Assembly (NCBI RefSeq): GCF_009834535.1
Contig: NC_045696.1
Span: 82,462,001 to 82,526,000, forward strand
DNA: 64,000 bases
DNA from: Camelus ferus
Lineage: Eukaryota
Reading direction: 5' to 3'
The first letter of the stretch is position 1. Each line of letters begins with the position of its first letter. Shown here piece by piece: positions 25,690 through 38,984 of the stretch. Both the position numbers and the translations under genes were made by a program. A model generated the notes under the pieces. It saw only the letters and a list, made by a program, of their open reading frames with translations. It was not told where the DNA came from and ran no database searches.

Positions 25690-25810
25690 ATATTTAACCA
25701 ACAGTCACTAAGTACTTTCCACGTACCAGAAATGGTTGTAGGCACCACGGATTCATTAATGAACAAAACAGACAAAACTTCCTGCTCTTGTGAAGATCTA
25801 GCTCTCAAAA
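25690..25810 (-). mobile_element. L2 LINE 3' end fragment
   Basis: taccagaaatggttgtaggcacc...aatgaacaaaacagacaaaacttcctgctcttgtgaag. Confidence 0.7.
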
Positions 25811-26249
25811 AGGGAGGAGTAGGGATGATATTCTACATAGTTTACCTCTAGAGTAGGCACCAAACCAACAGGACACTGGCAAGTATGACTTTACAGGCGC
25901 CCACAGGACTGACGGTAACACCTAGCTCTTGGACCCTGTGTTAGGGACTCTGAGTGGGAGGGTGGGGTGGGGAAACTAAGATGAGTATATAATATTGCTT
26001 ACCCTCAAGAAGCTTATAGTTTAATAAGTGAAATGAACTATGTACCCACAGAAGTAAAATAAAAAAAATAGAACTTCAACAAACTTTTATTTTTATGGAA
26101 TGATTTTCTGTAGAGTTTTAGAGAAATGAAATACTAGACTTCTATTCTGTCATTGTCTGCTTCCATCCTTAAATCTCCAATTCAGCACAATTCAATTGCC
26201 TGCTCCATTCCCAAGCATTAAACTTCAGGGGTAATGACATCTATCTCTG

Positions 26250-26745
26250 GGATAATAGAATCATACATTTGGTAATGATTCAGTATTTAGCCTCCAGGCA
26301 GGTGAGGACACAAAACATCTAAGACAGATGGTCATTGCTCCCATTTTAAAAAGATTTCTAAGGTCTCTAACCCATAACTTCTTTTGGTCATTTCTTCCAA
26401 TACTTAATAACACTCCTGTATTTACTGTTGCCAAGAAGATTTTCTTTATTTTTGATCCATTTCCCCCATTGCATCTTATTTGATCATTTGTGGAAATGGA
26501 GACTCACCAGTCAGCATCATTCTCATAAGATTCTTTCACATTTGGTTTTTTATCACTTTCTTTGGGCGAATTAACTAGAATTTCTTTTATCTTTTCCTCT
26601 TAGGATCTATTTTTCATTCTATTAGTGCTTTCTACATTGTTCAATTTTAGTTTATTTTCATTCTTTGAAATGTGAATAGAATGCTGGGCCACATGGAGTA
26701 TTTTATATGGTTCTTAGCATTACAGACTTTAAGAGAAAGGACGAC
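26250..26745. mobile_element. possible CR1/L3 LINE remnants
   Basis: gggccacatggagtattttatatggttcttagcattacagactttaagag resembles the CR1 reverse-transcriptase 3' region; highly degraded. Confidence 0.35.
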
Positions 26746-27708
26746 TTCTCAGGTGCCGAATGTTGTACCCAGTCGTTAAATCCCACTTTCTTTAGAAACA
26801 AACAGTAGTTTACCAGTAGTACTCTCAAATTTGACAGGAAATGTACTAAAATCTTCAAAATTCTTTCTTTTGAACTTCCCAGGCTTTCTCTAACCTTTTC
26901 TTCATTTTCTTCTATCTGACTCTATTCAATTTCATTTTGTTTCTCAAAAACCAACTCTTCAGTTTTTGAAATTTAGTTTAAAGTTTATTGCTGTTTTTTA
27001 ATGTTAGCTTGGATTCCTGGAATGAGAATATCTTCTACATTTTGATTTGAGTAACCGATAACAAAACTAGCTTATGGACTCAAGAGTCTTATTCATATTA
27101 TATTAAGTATATTAAATAATGTTACAGTGACTATGATTTAAGTGACCTGCAAAGTACAAATTCATAGAGTAAAAGTATATATGTATATCTAGAATATTTG
27201 GGTCTTGAGATAGCCAGAATTTGGCCATTTCTAATATTCTGAAAGTAAACATGATTGATCAAATTTTTAAGAATTAGGCTACAATAAAATATTTGTCAAA
27301 AATTTGATTTTAAAGTTTTTACTACTCTTGAACATTATCAAGCCATAATTATGGACATTAATTCTCAGTTTATGCATATTTAGGAGTAATCTTAGGAGAC
27401 TGGGCTGATATGTACTGTTCCTAGGATGTGAGTGGAGATCTAAAATATGATGGTCCATTTGAGAGAGAGAGAAAGGGAGAGGGAGAGAGAACTTGTCGGT
27501 TGTCAGTTTGGATTTCAGGTTTTGGGGAGTAGAATGTACAACTGCACTGTGGTAAGTTTATAGAGTTATGTGTGTGTTCCCTTCCCACATCTTCAGTAAT
27601 ACTGAGGGATATCAGTAGAATTACTATTGATTTCTTTATGTAGAAATTGAAGGTGAGAAACACTTTCTTAAAGTCCAGGCACAAAAAAGAGTATTACTAC
27701 TCCAACTA

Positions 27709-27895
27709 CATTCATTCATTCATTCATTCTCACTACTCACGGGGTGCCAGGTACTTTGCTAGAACTTTATAAAACATAATCTTTTAATCCTCCATTTTGT
27801 GATTGAAGAAACCGAGGCTCAATGAGATCAAGAAAATTCCCCAACATCGCAGAGCAACCACAGCTGGTTCCTTTCCAAGCCTGTGTGTGGACTTT
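27709..27895 (-). mobile_element. MIR SINE with (CATT)n tail
   Basis: cattcattcattcattcatt...gtgccaggtactttgcta...ccattttgtgattgaagaaaccgaggctca. Confidence 0.75.
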
Positions 27896-30800
27896 TCTCT
27901 GTGCCAGGCAACCTTCCTTTTGTTCATTTGCTCTTTTGCTGCCTGTGTGTCTATTTGTAAATCACGTGTATTTCTTTTTATTTAAGTTTAGGGGCAGGGG
28001 ATATTTAATTTTGTCGTATACCCCAGCTGAAAGGAAATCCCAAATAGATGTGCTGAAACTGACAAATCACAAAGAATATCCCAAGTGTTTAAATCAAGCC
28101 ACCTAGGAGGAAGGCCCTAGAAGGAGCATGTGTGATATGGTCTTTGTGGCTGCTGCTTGGGAATCGGCGGGTCAAATAGGACTGGGGTTTGCTGAAAGCT
28201 TCTCTGTCATGGAGGGCATTTTGAGATACAGGGGAAAGGATAAGCCTCAAGGGACTTGGGTGGGGTCATGCAGAGACAAAGGAAGTGTGTGAGCACCTGA
28301 AGAGCCTGGGATTTTGTTTAGTGGATACTTAGCACTCTCTGAGGATACAGAGTTTCATAGGATAAACTCACATAGGAATGCCAGTTGCTTCTTTTGGAGT
28401 TCCCTCTTTAATAGTTCTCTGCTAGTTTCCATTTCCCCCTTGACTCTGAATCCTCTGCATTCATTTTTCTCTTCTTCCCCCTTTCACTTTTCCCTCTTTG
28501 CCTTTTCTCTCCTTTTGCATTTTTGGACCTTAGTCACTGTTGCCTTCTTCTTTTAATTTTTGATTTTGTTTTGTCTCTCCTCTTTTTCCCCCTTTATTCC
28601 ACCCGTCTCCTGCTGCCCACTCCCCCAGACCTCCTCCCCTCTCTTCCTTCTTCATTTACTCTCAGTTGATGTTCCCTGCAAAGAGCTGTCTGGGTCCCCT
28701 GACCTCACAAGAAGCTCTCTGATGAAACGCTTAAGAAAAACAAGGTATTATGTATTATCCTACACATTCTGCAATCGCTCTAGCAATTTAGTAACTACAG
28801 TCCAATTTAAAGCAGGCCTCAAGGCAACAAAAATTGCACCAAATGCCAACTAATTTACCAAACTTATAGAAGGAATATTTGGGAGCCTCTTGCCTTCAAG
28901 CCATCTGATTCATATTATTGACTCATTTAGAAAACAGAAAGTGAACAGAGACAAGTTTTTAAGGAGTTTGGTTTCATGCAAATGACTTGCAATTGCAGCC
29001 CATTATTTTTATACCACGACTTCATTAGTCATATCCCTGTCAGACCTGTGACCAGTGTCAAATGTTTTCAAAAAGCACACCAGGACAAGCATGGAACTCA
29101 TCAGCCTGTGTCAAAGGTCGCGCTCATTAAGGAGTCAAAATGAAAACTTTCAGTGTCTCTAACACATCGCATAGCTCTCCCTGGTGCTCCCACCCCCACT
29201 CCTGAAACCCAGGGCCGGCTAAGCACCTCCAGCTCCCCAGACATTCAAATAAGATCAAGATGACAGGGCAAGAAAATGAATAGGGCTCTTACTCGGCTGG
29301 ACTTCATAATCTGGTACTGATTGAAACAACCAGAAAGCTGTTTGCCAGGTCTTACAGCACCATTTCCTGAGGTTAAACATAACATCTCAAAATGAAGCAA
29401 TTAGGGATTTCTCTAAAACAGGAGTCTTCAGTAATTAAAAAAGGGAAAAAAATCAGAAAGAAAGAAAGAAAGGAGAAAATGAAGACTATCATTGTAGATG
29501 CTGACTGGGCCCATGACTAAGGGTTTGATGGTGGAGGCATTTTTTTTTTTTTTTTTGCCACTTGGGAGGTCAATTTTTGATTACAGAAGCAGTAGGCAAA
29601 AAGAAGTTATCTGTAACAGTGCTATGAGTTTTAAGGAATTTGAGGCCCAGAGATAATAAGAATAAAACTGTCTTTCCTGAAATTCAGTTGCATAATATGA
29701 ACATTAACAGCACTTGGTGCTACCTTTTTGGCTTGGTTTTGTTTTGAATTATGACTTCTTTTCTGAGGAACTGCCCACTGAGTGAGCACAGTTACTGTGC
29801 TATGATATGTGGCTTTGCTAAAGGGCTCAGATGGTGTTTTTTTTCCCCCTCTGGAATCTTCTTCAGGGCATGTTGGTGTTGGATTTGGGTTCCTAGAAGA
29901 CTTGGAACATGGATTACATCTTTCCACTACCATATTTGGCTGGTTACAGTAGCTTTAAGGTTGACAAACAGATATTTCCAGCATCATGTGGGGTGAAGGT
30001 CAAGGAAGTCTCTAGTTGTCAATATGACATTTTGCAAAAACAAAACAAAATGCAATCTAACAATAGGAAATGTCAAAATGTGATGACTCTATATTGATTT
30101 CTAGAGAACGCACAACTTGCTTTCAAATTTAGAAGTCATTTGGGGCAACTTGATCTAATTCTGTGCTAATGTCTGTGATTTTCACTCTTCTTACTTACTC
30201 AATTAATTATTCACATTCTCTGGGTCTCCATGAACTGCCTTTTCAGGAAAGTAGGTACCATGCAAAAGCATTTTTGCCTCATATTTATTCTCCAAAATCT
30301 TGTTTATAGATTTTCTTGGACTCACCTTTGATTATTTTGATGCAAGAATACTTCTAGGTTAACCAGAGATGAACATTTAATTTCATGTATTTATATTTAG
30401 GTATGTGATATTTAGATAACTTCATGGTGAGCTGAAGGAAAAAGGAGCAAGATCATGAGCAGTCTACAAAATGCATCTCTGATACTGTGATGTGTCAGCA
30501 AGTCTTAAGATCACAACCCAAATAGAAATATACATGTCCTAATCCAGAAGCATGGTTTTAAGCCCCCACATTTCATTCTCAAGTCCATTCATCAATTTAT
30601 GTGCCACACAGGACAAGCAAAGTGTCTACTAATAAAGTGGCAAACCTCCCACACTAAGGAGAGTGCCAGATACTGCTGTAAAATGGACTTCTGATGCTGG
30701 ACTCCAGTTTACTATCCTGTGGGTCACTAGCACTCTGTAAGATGCTCACAGAGGGCTCTGTGCTCAGTGCTTGGCAGAGAGGGACACATCAAATTAACAG

Positions 30801-33469
30801 TCAGGGCACGGCAGTTTTTGTGGAAGCCTCTGTTGAGTGGCAGAAGATGGATATGAAAGGGGAGAGGAAATGGGTGTGTTGTGTGAACAGTTGCTCAAAT
30901 TTTGTATGGCGTTGCGGTGCATGTGGGGCAGAATCTTTTGTCTTCTTTCTAAGCTGCTGTTTGCAGACCAGCTAATTTGGGACATCATTGAACCTTACCT
31001 TGGATAGTAGTGGAATATCATGTGAAGTCAAAAGATTCCTGACATTTTTATCTGCCCACCCTCCTTCCCCCGCTGCGTGAAGAATTCAAGGGCTTTTGCT
31101 TGTGGAGGGCTACTCTTTGCTTTCTTCTCTCTTTAACAACAGATCTATACTCTTTGGGTCCTGGGGCTCACCCTGTTACCTGTGGCCTGTCGGTCTCCCA
31201 AAGGTGAAGCATGGTGAAGCAGCGTATCCTTGTTGTGAATCTGTGATTGATGCCCTTGGCCTAGGGGCTCCCTCTTACCCCCTTCAGGAAACAGGAGGGC
31301 TAGAGAGATAGCGCTCAAGTTTTCTTTCACAGTCCCTGTTTCCTAACTTTAATCACCTTCTGCTGTGGGAAAGAGATGAGACGAGGCCTAAAAAACAGAT
31401 CATTGTCCGCCTCCTAGATTAATGCAGAGAAAGCGGTATTGTCTGTTGAATGGATAAATCTTCCTGCTGTCACTCAAAACCTAAATTCAACGCTACTTCA
31501 TTTCTAAGAGGCTTATCTTCCTTGAATAGACCCTTGCAGCTCAAGTAAGAGGCGATGTAATGAAGCGTGTTTTTTTCTTAAGTGAGAAACCTGCGGCAAA
31601 GAAGAGGGGAAGACTGTGCAGCTGTTCGAAAGGGGCTCTGCAGACTCTCGAAAGACTGGTCATTTATCTGGTCTTGCATGACATCAAATGATGGAAGATC
31701 AAGTTCAAAATCTGCCAGAGCGGCTCAAAAGGGCTTCTTCATCTGTTAATTAAATAATGGTTATTAACATACAATGTTGGGCAGCTGGGATTCCTATCAA
31801 ATGTTACAGGAAAAATATTGCTGTGGCTTTCAACACTTTCCCTTCAGTCTGTGTTTATTAGGAGGCGACTATCTGGAGAAATGGTGACTTTTTTTATTGA
31901 ATCCGAAAGTTAATATTGATGTCATAATATGTGGTTAAATGAAAGCGCAGCCAGACAGGTGGGTATTAGGCAGATGGATGCTGAGATCATTGAAGAGTCT
32001 ACCCTTTTGTGTACGCTCATAATTAATTCAGCGGTCCCCACAATGTGTGTTCACTGACTTCTTCTGGCAGGTTAAATACATGCAATATGCACACATACAA
32101 TTACTATAAATAATTGCTTATTTACTTTGGTCCAGCTCAGGCTACTGTATTACGCTGAAGTTTAATTTGAACTTTGGAATGGAATGTCAAGATTTTCATC
32201 ACTGCAATAAATTTTGCTGGATAAGGATAATTTTAGTAACATTTCATCATCCGCCAGCTTGGGTTTGTGTGTACAAGTTACAAAATTACATTTAAATATG
32301 TCTTGCTTTATTAGTTCATGTGTAATTAAAAGGCACTACTTTTAAGCTTGGAGCTACAAAAAGGAGACCATATCCTTCCAGAAAAAAGTGGTTTGGAAAG
32401 GTGTGAAAGCCTAAAAAATTTCTGTGCTCCATAGTAATTTCCTTAAGAATTATGTCTTGAGTTGTATCACTGATGTAGTCCTTGATAGGTTTTTAATTCC
32501 CATTGGGTAACTGAGCTTCAAGGAAATATTGGCAGTAAAATAATTTGAAAAACCTGTATTTTGTGATTTCAAGTCTAAATCATACACTTTTAAGTTTTTT
32601 AAAGGCAGTTATTTTATACTGTTAATGGACAAGTCTTATAATTTAGACTGCCCTTAATTTATAGCAGTTAGTTGTCTAATCCCTGGTTATTTATGACAAT
32701 AAAAGCAGTATTAACAATTAACAATTAATAAAAAAAAATCCTCCTTTCTTGGTACCAAACATCAGTTCTGATTGTTTTCCCACATGCTGCAACATTGATT
32801 ATTCATCCTAATTTGGCTGAGGAATGCATATTCATTGATTAACTGATAATCCCTCAATTTTAATTTACTCATTAACTTTGACATTTTCTCCAACTATCAT
32901 TTGGGTAGTGAACAATGAACCCTATTAACTGGTTTGAAGTTTACTTCTGTCTTCTTTCAGTCCTCTGTTGAAATAACAACAGAGAAATTTCGAGAAGGTG
33001 TGGGATAGAATGGGGAGGAAGTGGAAAGTACATGGAAAATATACAAATTATTCTGCATGTTGAGAGTTGCGTGATTTCAAAGAAGACCCTGCATCTATAA
33101 ATTGAACCCCCAGTTGGATTCTGTGAGCTTCTCAGCCCTGTCTGATCACTCATTCATTCATAACACCTCCAAAGAGCCTCACACTATGGGTCTGGTCTTT
33201 TGTGAACCCTCCACCCCTCTGTCTGCCGTTCAGTGAAGGTGACCCATGGAAAAGCCAACTCTGTGGGGTCTTAGCTAGTTGTCTTGTAGATTCACTAAGT
33301 TCAAGAAGGGTTGAGGGAAGAGAGTGAGTTGGATGGCTAGTGTAAATCCTCTTTACTGATAGAAAAGCAACAGGCGGCCCTTGGCTTACTCATGGGGCCT
33401 CAGTAATATTGCCTTTTTATCCAAAAAGCAGCACATTATCTGCTTCTCAGCCCTAGGACTCCAACGACA

Positions 33470-33722
33470 CAATATCTTTGGAAGGACTTCCTATGTGCTG
33501 GGCATTGTACTAAGCTTTTACTATATATTAGCTCATTTTACCCTCACAACCAGCCTGTGAAGTAAGCTACTATTATTTTCTTCACATTTTTTTAGCTGAT
33601 GAAGAACTTGAGGCAGAGAAATAGCAATTAACTTGCTCAGAGACCCACAGATAAGTTGTGGCAAAACCAGGATTCATAACCATAAAATCTGGTTCCAGCG
33701 TCCATGCACTTAACCCTACTCT
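33470..33722 (-). mobile_element. near full-length MIR SINE
   Basis: ctatgtgctgggcattgtactaagc...ctcacaaccagcctgtgaagta...gatgaagaacttgaggcagag...taacttgctc...ccaggattcataaccataaaatctggttccag. Confidence 0.88.
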
Positions 33723-33944
33723 AAACCAGGACAAAAGAAGCTTCAGCAAGTGAGGAAGTTGAGACCTTTAGCATAAACTTCTACCTTGGCCAGGCTAACG
33801 CTGTGTTTACATAGATCTAAATTGGTTATTTGATATTAAATTAGCTCCAAATCCCCAAGCTTGTGGATGGCATTTATCATTCCTCAACTCTGTGTGTGTG
33901 TGTTAGATACAACTCTAGGAAAACTGACAGTGATTCCTGAGAAC

Positions 33945-34075
33945 AGACCTTAGGCAAATAACTTAACCTTTCCGAATTTCAGTAAAATAAATAATTGCAT
34001 ACTCCACTGTTATACAGAGAAATACATTTTAAATGCCTATGATAGTGTTTGGTAGAGAGTATACCTGCATGATTG
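33945..34075 (+). mobile_element. MIR SINE fragment
   Basis: gaccttaggcaaataacttaacctttccgaatttcagtaaaat. Confidence 0.6.
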
Positions 34076-37000
34076 GAGGTGGTGCAGAGGGCTGCGGTTT
34101 CACTAGCTAGTTAAGTAATGAATGCTTTGCCAGTAGAGAATTTATTGTTTGTTGCAGAATGTCATAAAGTTGAGGAAGGCCACGTTTAGTGGTAAGGTAT
34201 GCATAACCTCCCTCACTCCGGCTGAGTGAAGATTCTACTACATTTTCTGATCTGCCACGCTGTACCACGGCTGCTCTGGGACCTGGGGTGCATTTCATCT
34301 TGAACTATGAATTGCAAAGTTTTTTATTGTCTTCTGTCACAAACATAGCGTCCTTTTATTGTGGTTTTTGATGCGTTAAATATGTTTTTATGGCCCCCTA
34401 TGTCTACTATGCCTAGCATACAGTTGGTACTTAATAAACGTTAAATAATAATAATATATGTGCATATGAGATTTGTGGAAAGAAATGACATATGATTTTA
34501 GGGATCTGGGATTGTGCTTCTGGTGCCGGGGGAAAACATACAGATGAGCATATTACTGGGGATAGATTAGAAGGAGCCATCAATAGCGATGTCATCTCCC
34601 TAAAATATGATGTGGCTCTGTCAGCACAAATCATAAACCCCATCTCCTTCCTTATATCACCGTAGAACTCTAATGTGGGAAGTTGAATTCCCAGATTAAT
34701 AGAAGTGGGTATACAGACAGGCACTTTAAAATTTCACAAATTAACAAATGACACTGTCTTTTCTTGCACATCAGTAAATCTGTACAGTTTACAGTGAAAT
34801 CCAGTGAGTTCTGGATTGTTTCTTTTTAACTCTTCAGAAACCTATCTAAGGAGATTTCTGCCTGTTTTCTGCTTTTTTACTCCGGGATGAAGATGGGCTG
34901 GGGGGCGGCTGCAGATACTGGCGTTTCTAGGGACCATTTCCCCCTTACCCGATATCTCTGTCAGTAAGGAGACACCTGCATCCGCACACGTCCACCAAGC
35001 TGAGTGACACACCATTTCACAAGATCCCTTCCTCTGAGCTGGATGTAGCCCAGAAAATCAGCTCTCCATGTCGTGCCAAAAATCCTTCCAAGTCCAGTGC
35101 AGAGGTGTTTGTGTAAGATAAAAACGGGACAGTGTGGCATCCCCAGACAGCTCATCTGTTTACATGTGTCACTTGGCTCTGTCCTGATGTTATCTCATCA
35201 GCAAAGAAGGCAGGAAGACGTGCAATCAAGACTTTATGATTCATCAGGTCTGTTCCCCTTTCGGGATACAATGTTGGTATTCTCTGCTAGTCCCTCAAAA
35301 GTCTGTTTTTTTCTTTCAGTCTCTCAGGGAAGAGTTTAAATTTATGCAATATATCCCTCCTTTGCCCCTCCCTAGAACATACCTTCTGTGCTGAAAAATA
35401 GATGGGTTAGATTCTGAAAGGCAGTCACTGCTTTTAGTTCTTTTTAAAAAAATATTTTTTTTTCCTTTTTGCTTTCAGAAAACATATTTTGGTGGAGGTG
35501 AATATTAAGGTGAAGCTTTCTTATGGGCTGTGGAAACTGAGGATCTTTAATGCCTTTTATGTTCAAAGGTTCTTTTTGAGGGGCTTTTGTGGGGACATAA
35601 ATTACGGTAGCAACAGGTATATTTTTCCCTTCGTACAAAAGCCAAGTGTAATTTTTTCACAAGTTAAAAGGGATCTGTTCTTTTATTTTTGACCTTGATT
35701 TTTTTTTTCCCCGATATTCTGCATGGCCTCCGCTTTGGTCGTATTATTCTCTGACCCATCCAATTACCATTTCTATCAGCGCTTCGGAAAGATTATGCTT
35801 TTTGGGTGTTCTGTAGATGTCTTTCCAGTGGCTTCACTTGATGAATGTGACAAGTTTTGTGTGTTCTCCCTCCCCTCATTGAATGGAAAAGTTTTTTTGA
35901 TAAATACAGGCCAATAAGTGCCCAAAGGCAGTGTTTCAATGGCTGCTAAGTCTTTCAAGGTTAGGACTTAACCTCCGTTCTCCCTAATTCAACTCCAACC
36001 TTCAGTCTGAAGCCAATCAAGAATATCAGATGATACTTAAACAATGAAGGATTTCTGATATTCAGGTACTGCCTCTGTTCTATAGGATTGCAAATTCTTT
36101 GTGTGGAGAAAGTCGGTTTTGCTCTAAAGTACTGTCACAAAAAGTGAAATTACCATTTGCTTGGAATGATGCCATTCATCATTGTCAGAACACTAAGCAT
36201 GGTAAGTAGCTAGGCCTCTCCAAATTAATGCCTTGTTTTGCATCGGCTAAATTTCCCAAATCCTCGAGGATGGGTCATACAAAACTCATCTCACTGTTTT
36301 AATTTATCAATCCAATATGAGTTCTGTGAAAGGGAGCTTCATTCGGTCTTAGCCCTTTTATTTACAGTCTAATTCTAAAAGAAAAGGAAATAAGATATGA
36401 AAATAAGTTGGAAAATAAGATAAATCTCTCAGTGAAATCACCAGATCTACTCAGTCCTGTAGCAAAACCTCCATAATTCATTTGTAGGTCAGCTCAAGGG
36501 ATTAGCCATGACGTATTTGGAAATTCATTTATTTTTATTTTATTTTGCTGTTTCTTATGCATAAGGGTAATGCTGTCCCCAAGGCTTTTCAGGTAGCCCT
36601 CAAATCTTGACAACATTTGCTGTCTCTGAGGCCTAAGCCAAAATTAATTTTCAAATAAACAGCATAAAAATGTATGGAGTTGTATAAATTTGAATACAAA
36701 ATGCATTTGTTTTGTTTGCTTACATACATACATACATACTGTCTGTTCAGCCAAAAACCATAATATGACATTGAAATTAATGGCCATATGTACATCATGA
36801 AAGTCAAAAAAGTTTTTCTTTGAGTTAAAAAAAATACAGAACATGCAGCATTTTATTTCATTTCCATCTCAATGGGGTCTTTAACATATTTTCAGAGGAT
36901 GTTTTTAATTGTTAAGTTTTCCTAGAAGGCAATTAAAAGTCATCTGTAGGAAAAACGTAGTGCTTGGAACCTCTATGGCTATTCTTAGTTCAAAAGATTC

Positions 37001-38234
37001 TGTTGTCTTGGGAGATGCAAAAGTATTTTCTTCCAGAAAGTAAAAAAAAAAAAGAAATGAAAAGAAAGAGGTAAACGATGTTAGGCTGCTTGCTTTCCTT
37101 TCTCTGATAAAAGACAGATAAAAGCAATGTAGAAATAAAATGGGATGATATCTGCTAAGATTTATGTTGCACTTTAGTTTTGGTGGCTACCAGGAAAAGA
37201 AAAAAAAGATTCTGAGGTTACACAAGATAGTCCAGGAGGCAGGTTGTTTGGCAGGGGGGCCTCTGCTGGGGCCGCCGAAGTCAGATACCTGCGTGATATT
37301 CTTCTCATGAGGACCAGCCCACAGGAGCCTGAAACATCAGGAATGCCACGGTACTGTAGTCCTCAAAATGGTTTTTAAATATACTTCCACAAGGGGGCTT
37401 TGTGGACATTTGCAATTTTTTTTGTTTGTTTGTTTATATGTTTCTTAAAAACATTAAGTGAGTTTCTGCAGAACAAGGCAGAGAAGTTCCATTTCTCGGC
37501 CTTTTGAAATCTTCATTATACAGAAAACAAAACCAGCTCCTCCCTCCTGCCCCGGGGCCTCTGATCTGGAAGAGGTCTGTGAAAGCAGAGGGCAAGGGGG
37601 AGACGGCTTAGAAGTGGGAGCGGGTGTCCAGCCTCTGAGACTTGCTTTGGGCCGTGGGCCTTTCAGCTCTGTTTCAGCTTGTGGTATGAAAGCGTCCACG
37701 TTGTCCAGTTTTGATTGCCCAGTTGAAAATGGCTCTATATGTGGTCACTGTTTTTTTTTTTTTTTTTTTTTTAATTTAACTCATGTTCTAGGTGTTTCCT
37801 GTGATTTTGCCTGAGTGGTGATTTTGCCAGAGAATACAGAATTTTTCATGGCTGTGCATAGTTTCACTGCCTGAAATATGTAAGAAATATGAAATACTAT
37901 GGCAATTACAAACTTGAGAGAACAAGACCAAATGGCCGCATCTCTGCAAATTTTCGTCAGGGCATCATGAAAAGAACCCTGAGCTGAGAGTCTGCAGATT
38001 GGAATTCGAGCCTCCACCCTGCCATCAGCCAGTTGGACTTTACTAGGAAAATATTTTCATATTTAGGCACATACTTGTGCTTCAATTCTTCATTAATGAT
38101 GATTTTCAAGGGCCTTTCTGTATCTGACATTCCGTGAAGATTGGGTTGCTTTATTCCTCCCTTTCAGCTATTCAGGGCAATATTACCAAATATAACTATT
38201 TTAATGACTAAAATAACAAAATCAGAGAAGATGG

Positions 38235-38422
38235 TATGTACAGCATGACACGTGAACTTTGGGTTGAGAGAGTCTTTAGTTCAAATCCAAGTCCTTCTAT
38301 ATGTTACCTGCGGGAGCAGGGACGCTAGGAAATGGCCAGGTTATTCTCTGAGCCTCAGCTTGTGTAAAATGAAAGGTGGCCTAGAACTTTTTCTGAGGTT
38401 CTTTCCAGATGTATGTTTCTAG
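38235..38422 (+). mobile_element. MIR/MIR3 SINE
   Basis: gttcaaatccaagtccttct...ctctgagcctcagcttgtgtaaaatgaaagg...ctgaggttctttccag. Confidence 0.65.
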
Positions 38423-38649
38423 GAATGGTGGAATATTTGAGCACTAAAAGTGTCCCAGTGGCACATTTTTTAGTGTTCGTGTCTCTGAAAAGTGGTCCAG
38501 TCTTGGTTGGGATTTTGACTCTCCTGGTTTTCCACCTCTAATTCACACTCTATTATTCATCCTGGTGGCCAAAGGAACCTGAAAATGGAGGCAAAGACAC
38601 AAGACACAGTTTGCATACTAGAAATGAGAGGCCCAGCCCTGACCTGTGT

Positions 38650-38770
38650 CCAGTATGTGGAAACTGAGTCCAGAGAAGTTTAGCTGATTTGGGGGAAGGC
38701 CAGGATGAGAAGGTAGAGCCAGTGTCAAATGTAACTTAGGGTTTACATCCTTTTTCCTTACCATGTTGGA
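38650..38770 (-). mobile_element. MIR SINE fragment
   Basis: tgtggaaactgagtccagagaagtttagctgattt...gtagagccag. Confidence 0.55.
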
Positions 38771-38984
38771 TGAAAACTTAAGAAATTCATGGTATAGAAC
38801 TTGTACCCAAGGAGAGTGATTGACCAGGTGTTCATGTGTCCCTTCCTGCGTAGGTGGGTAAGAGGTGAGGATGTAGGAGGATTTGGAGTCCCAGTAACTT
38901 TCCATTGAGATCAAAAGCTGTTAAGAAGGTGGACCATGGCAGAGACCCGAGCAGCCAGGGTGACCTGTGGGCTGGTGTGTGGTG

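Noticed and set aside
28717..28732. CTGATGA hammerhead-core-like motif (also near 11694, 13812, 14465)
   Set aside because: No stem II followed by GAAA and no flanking helices.
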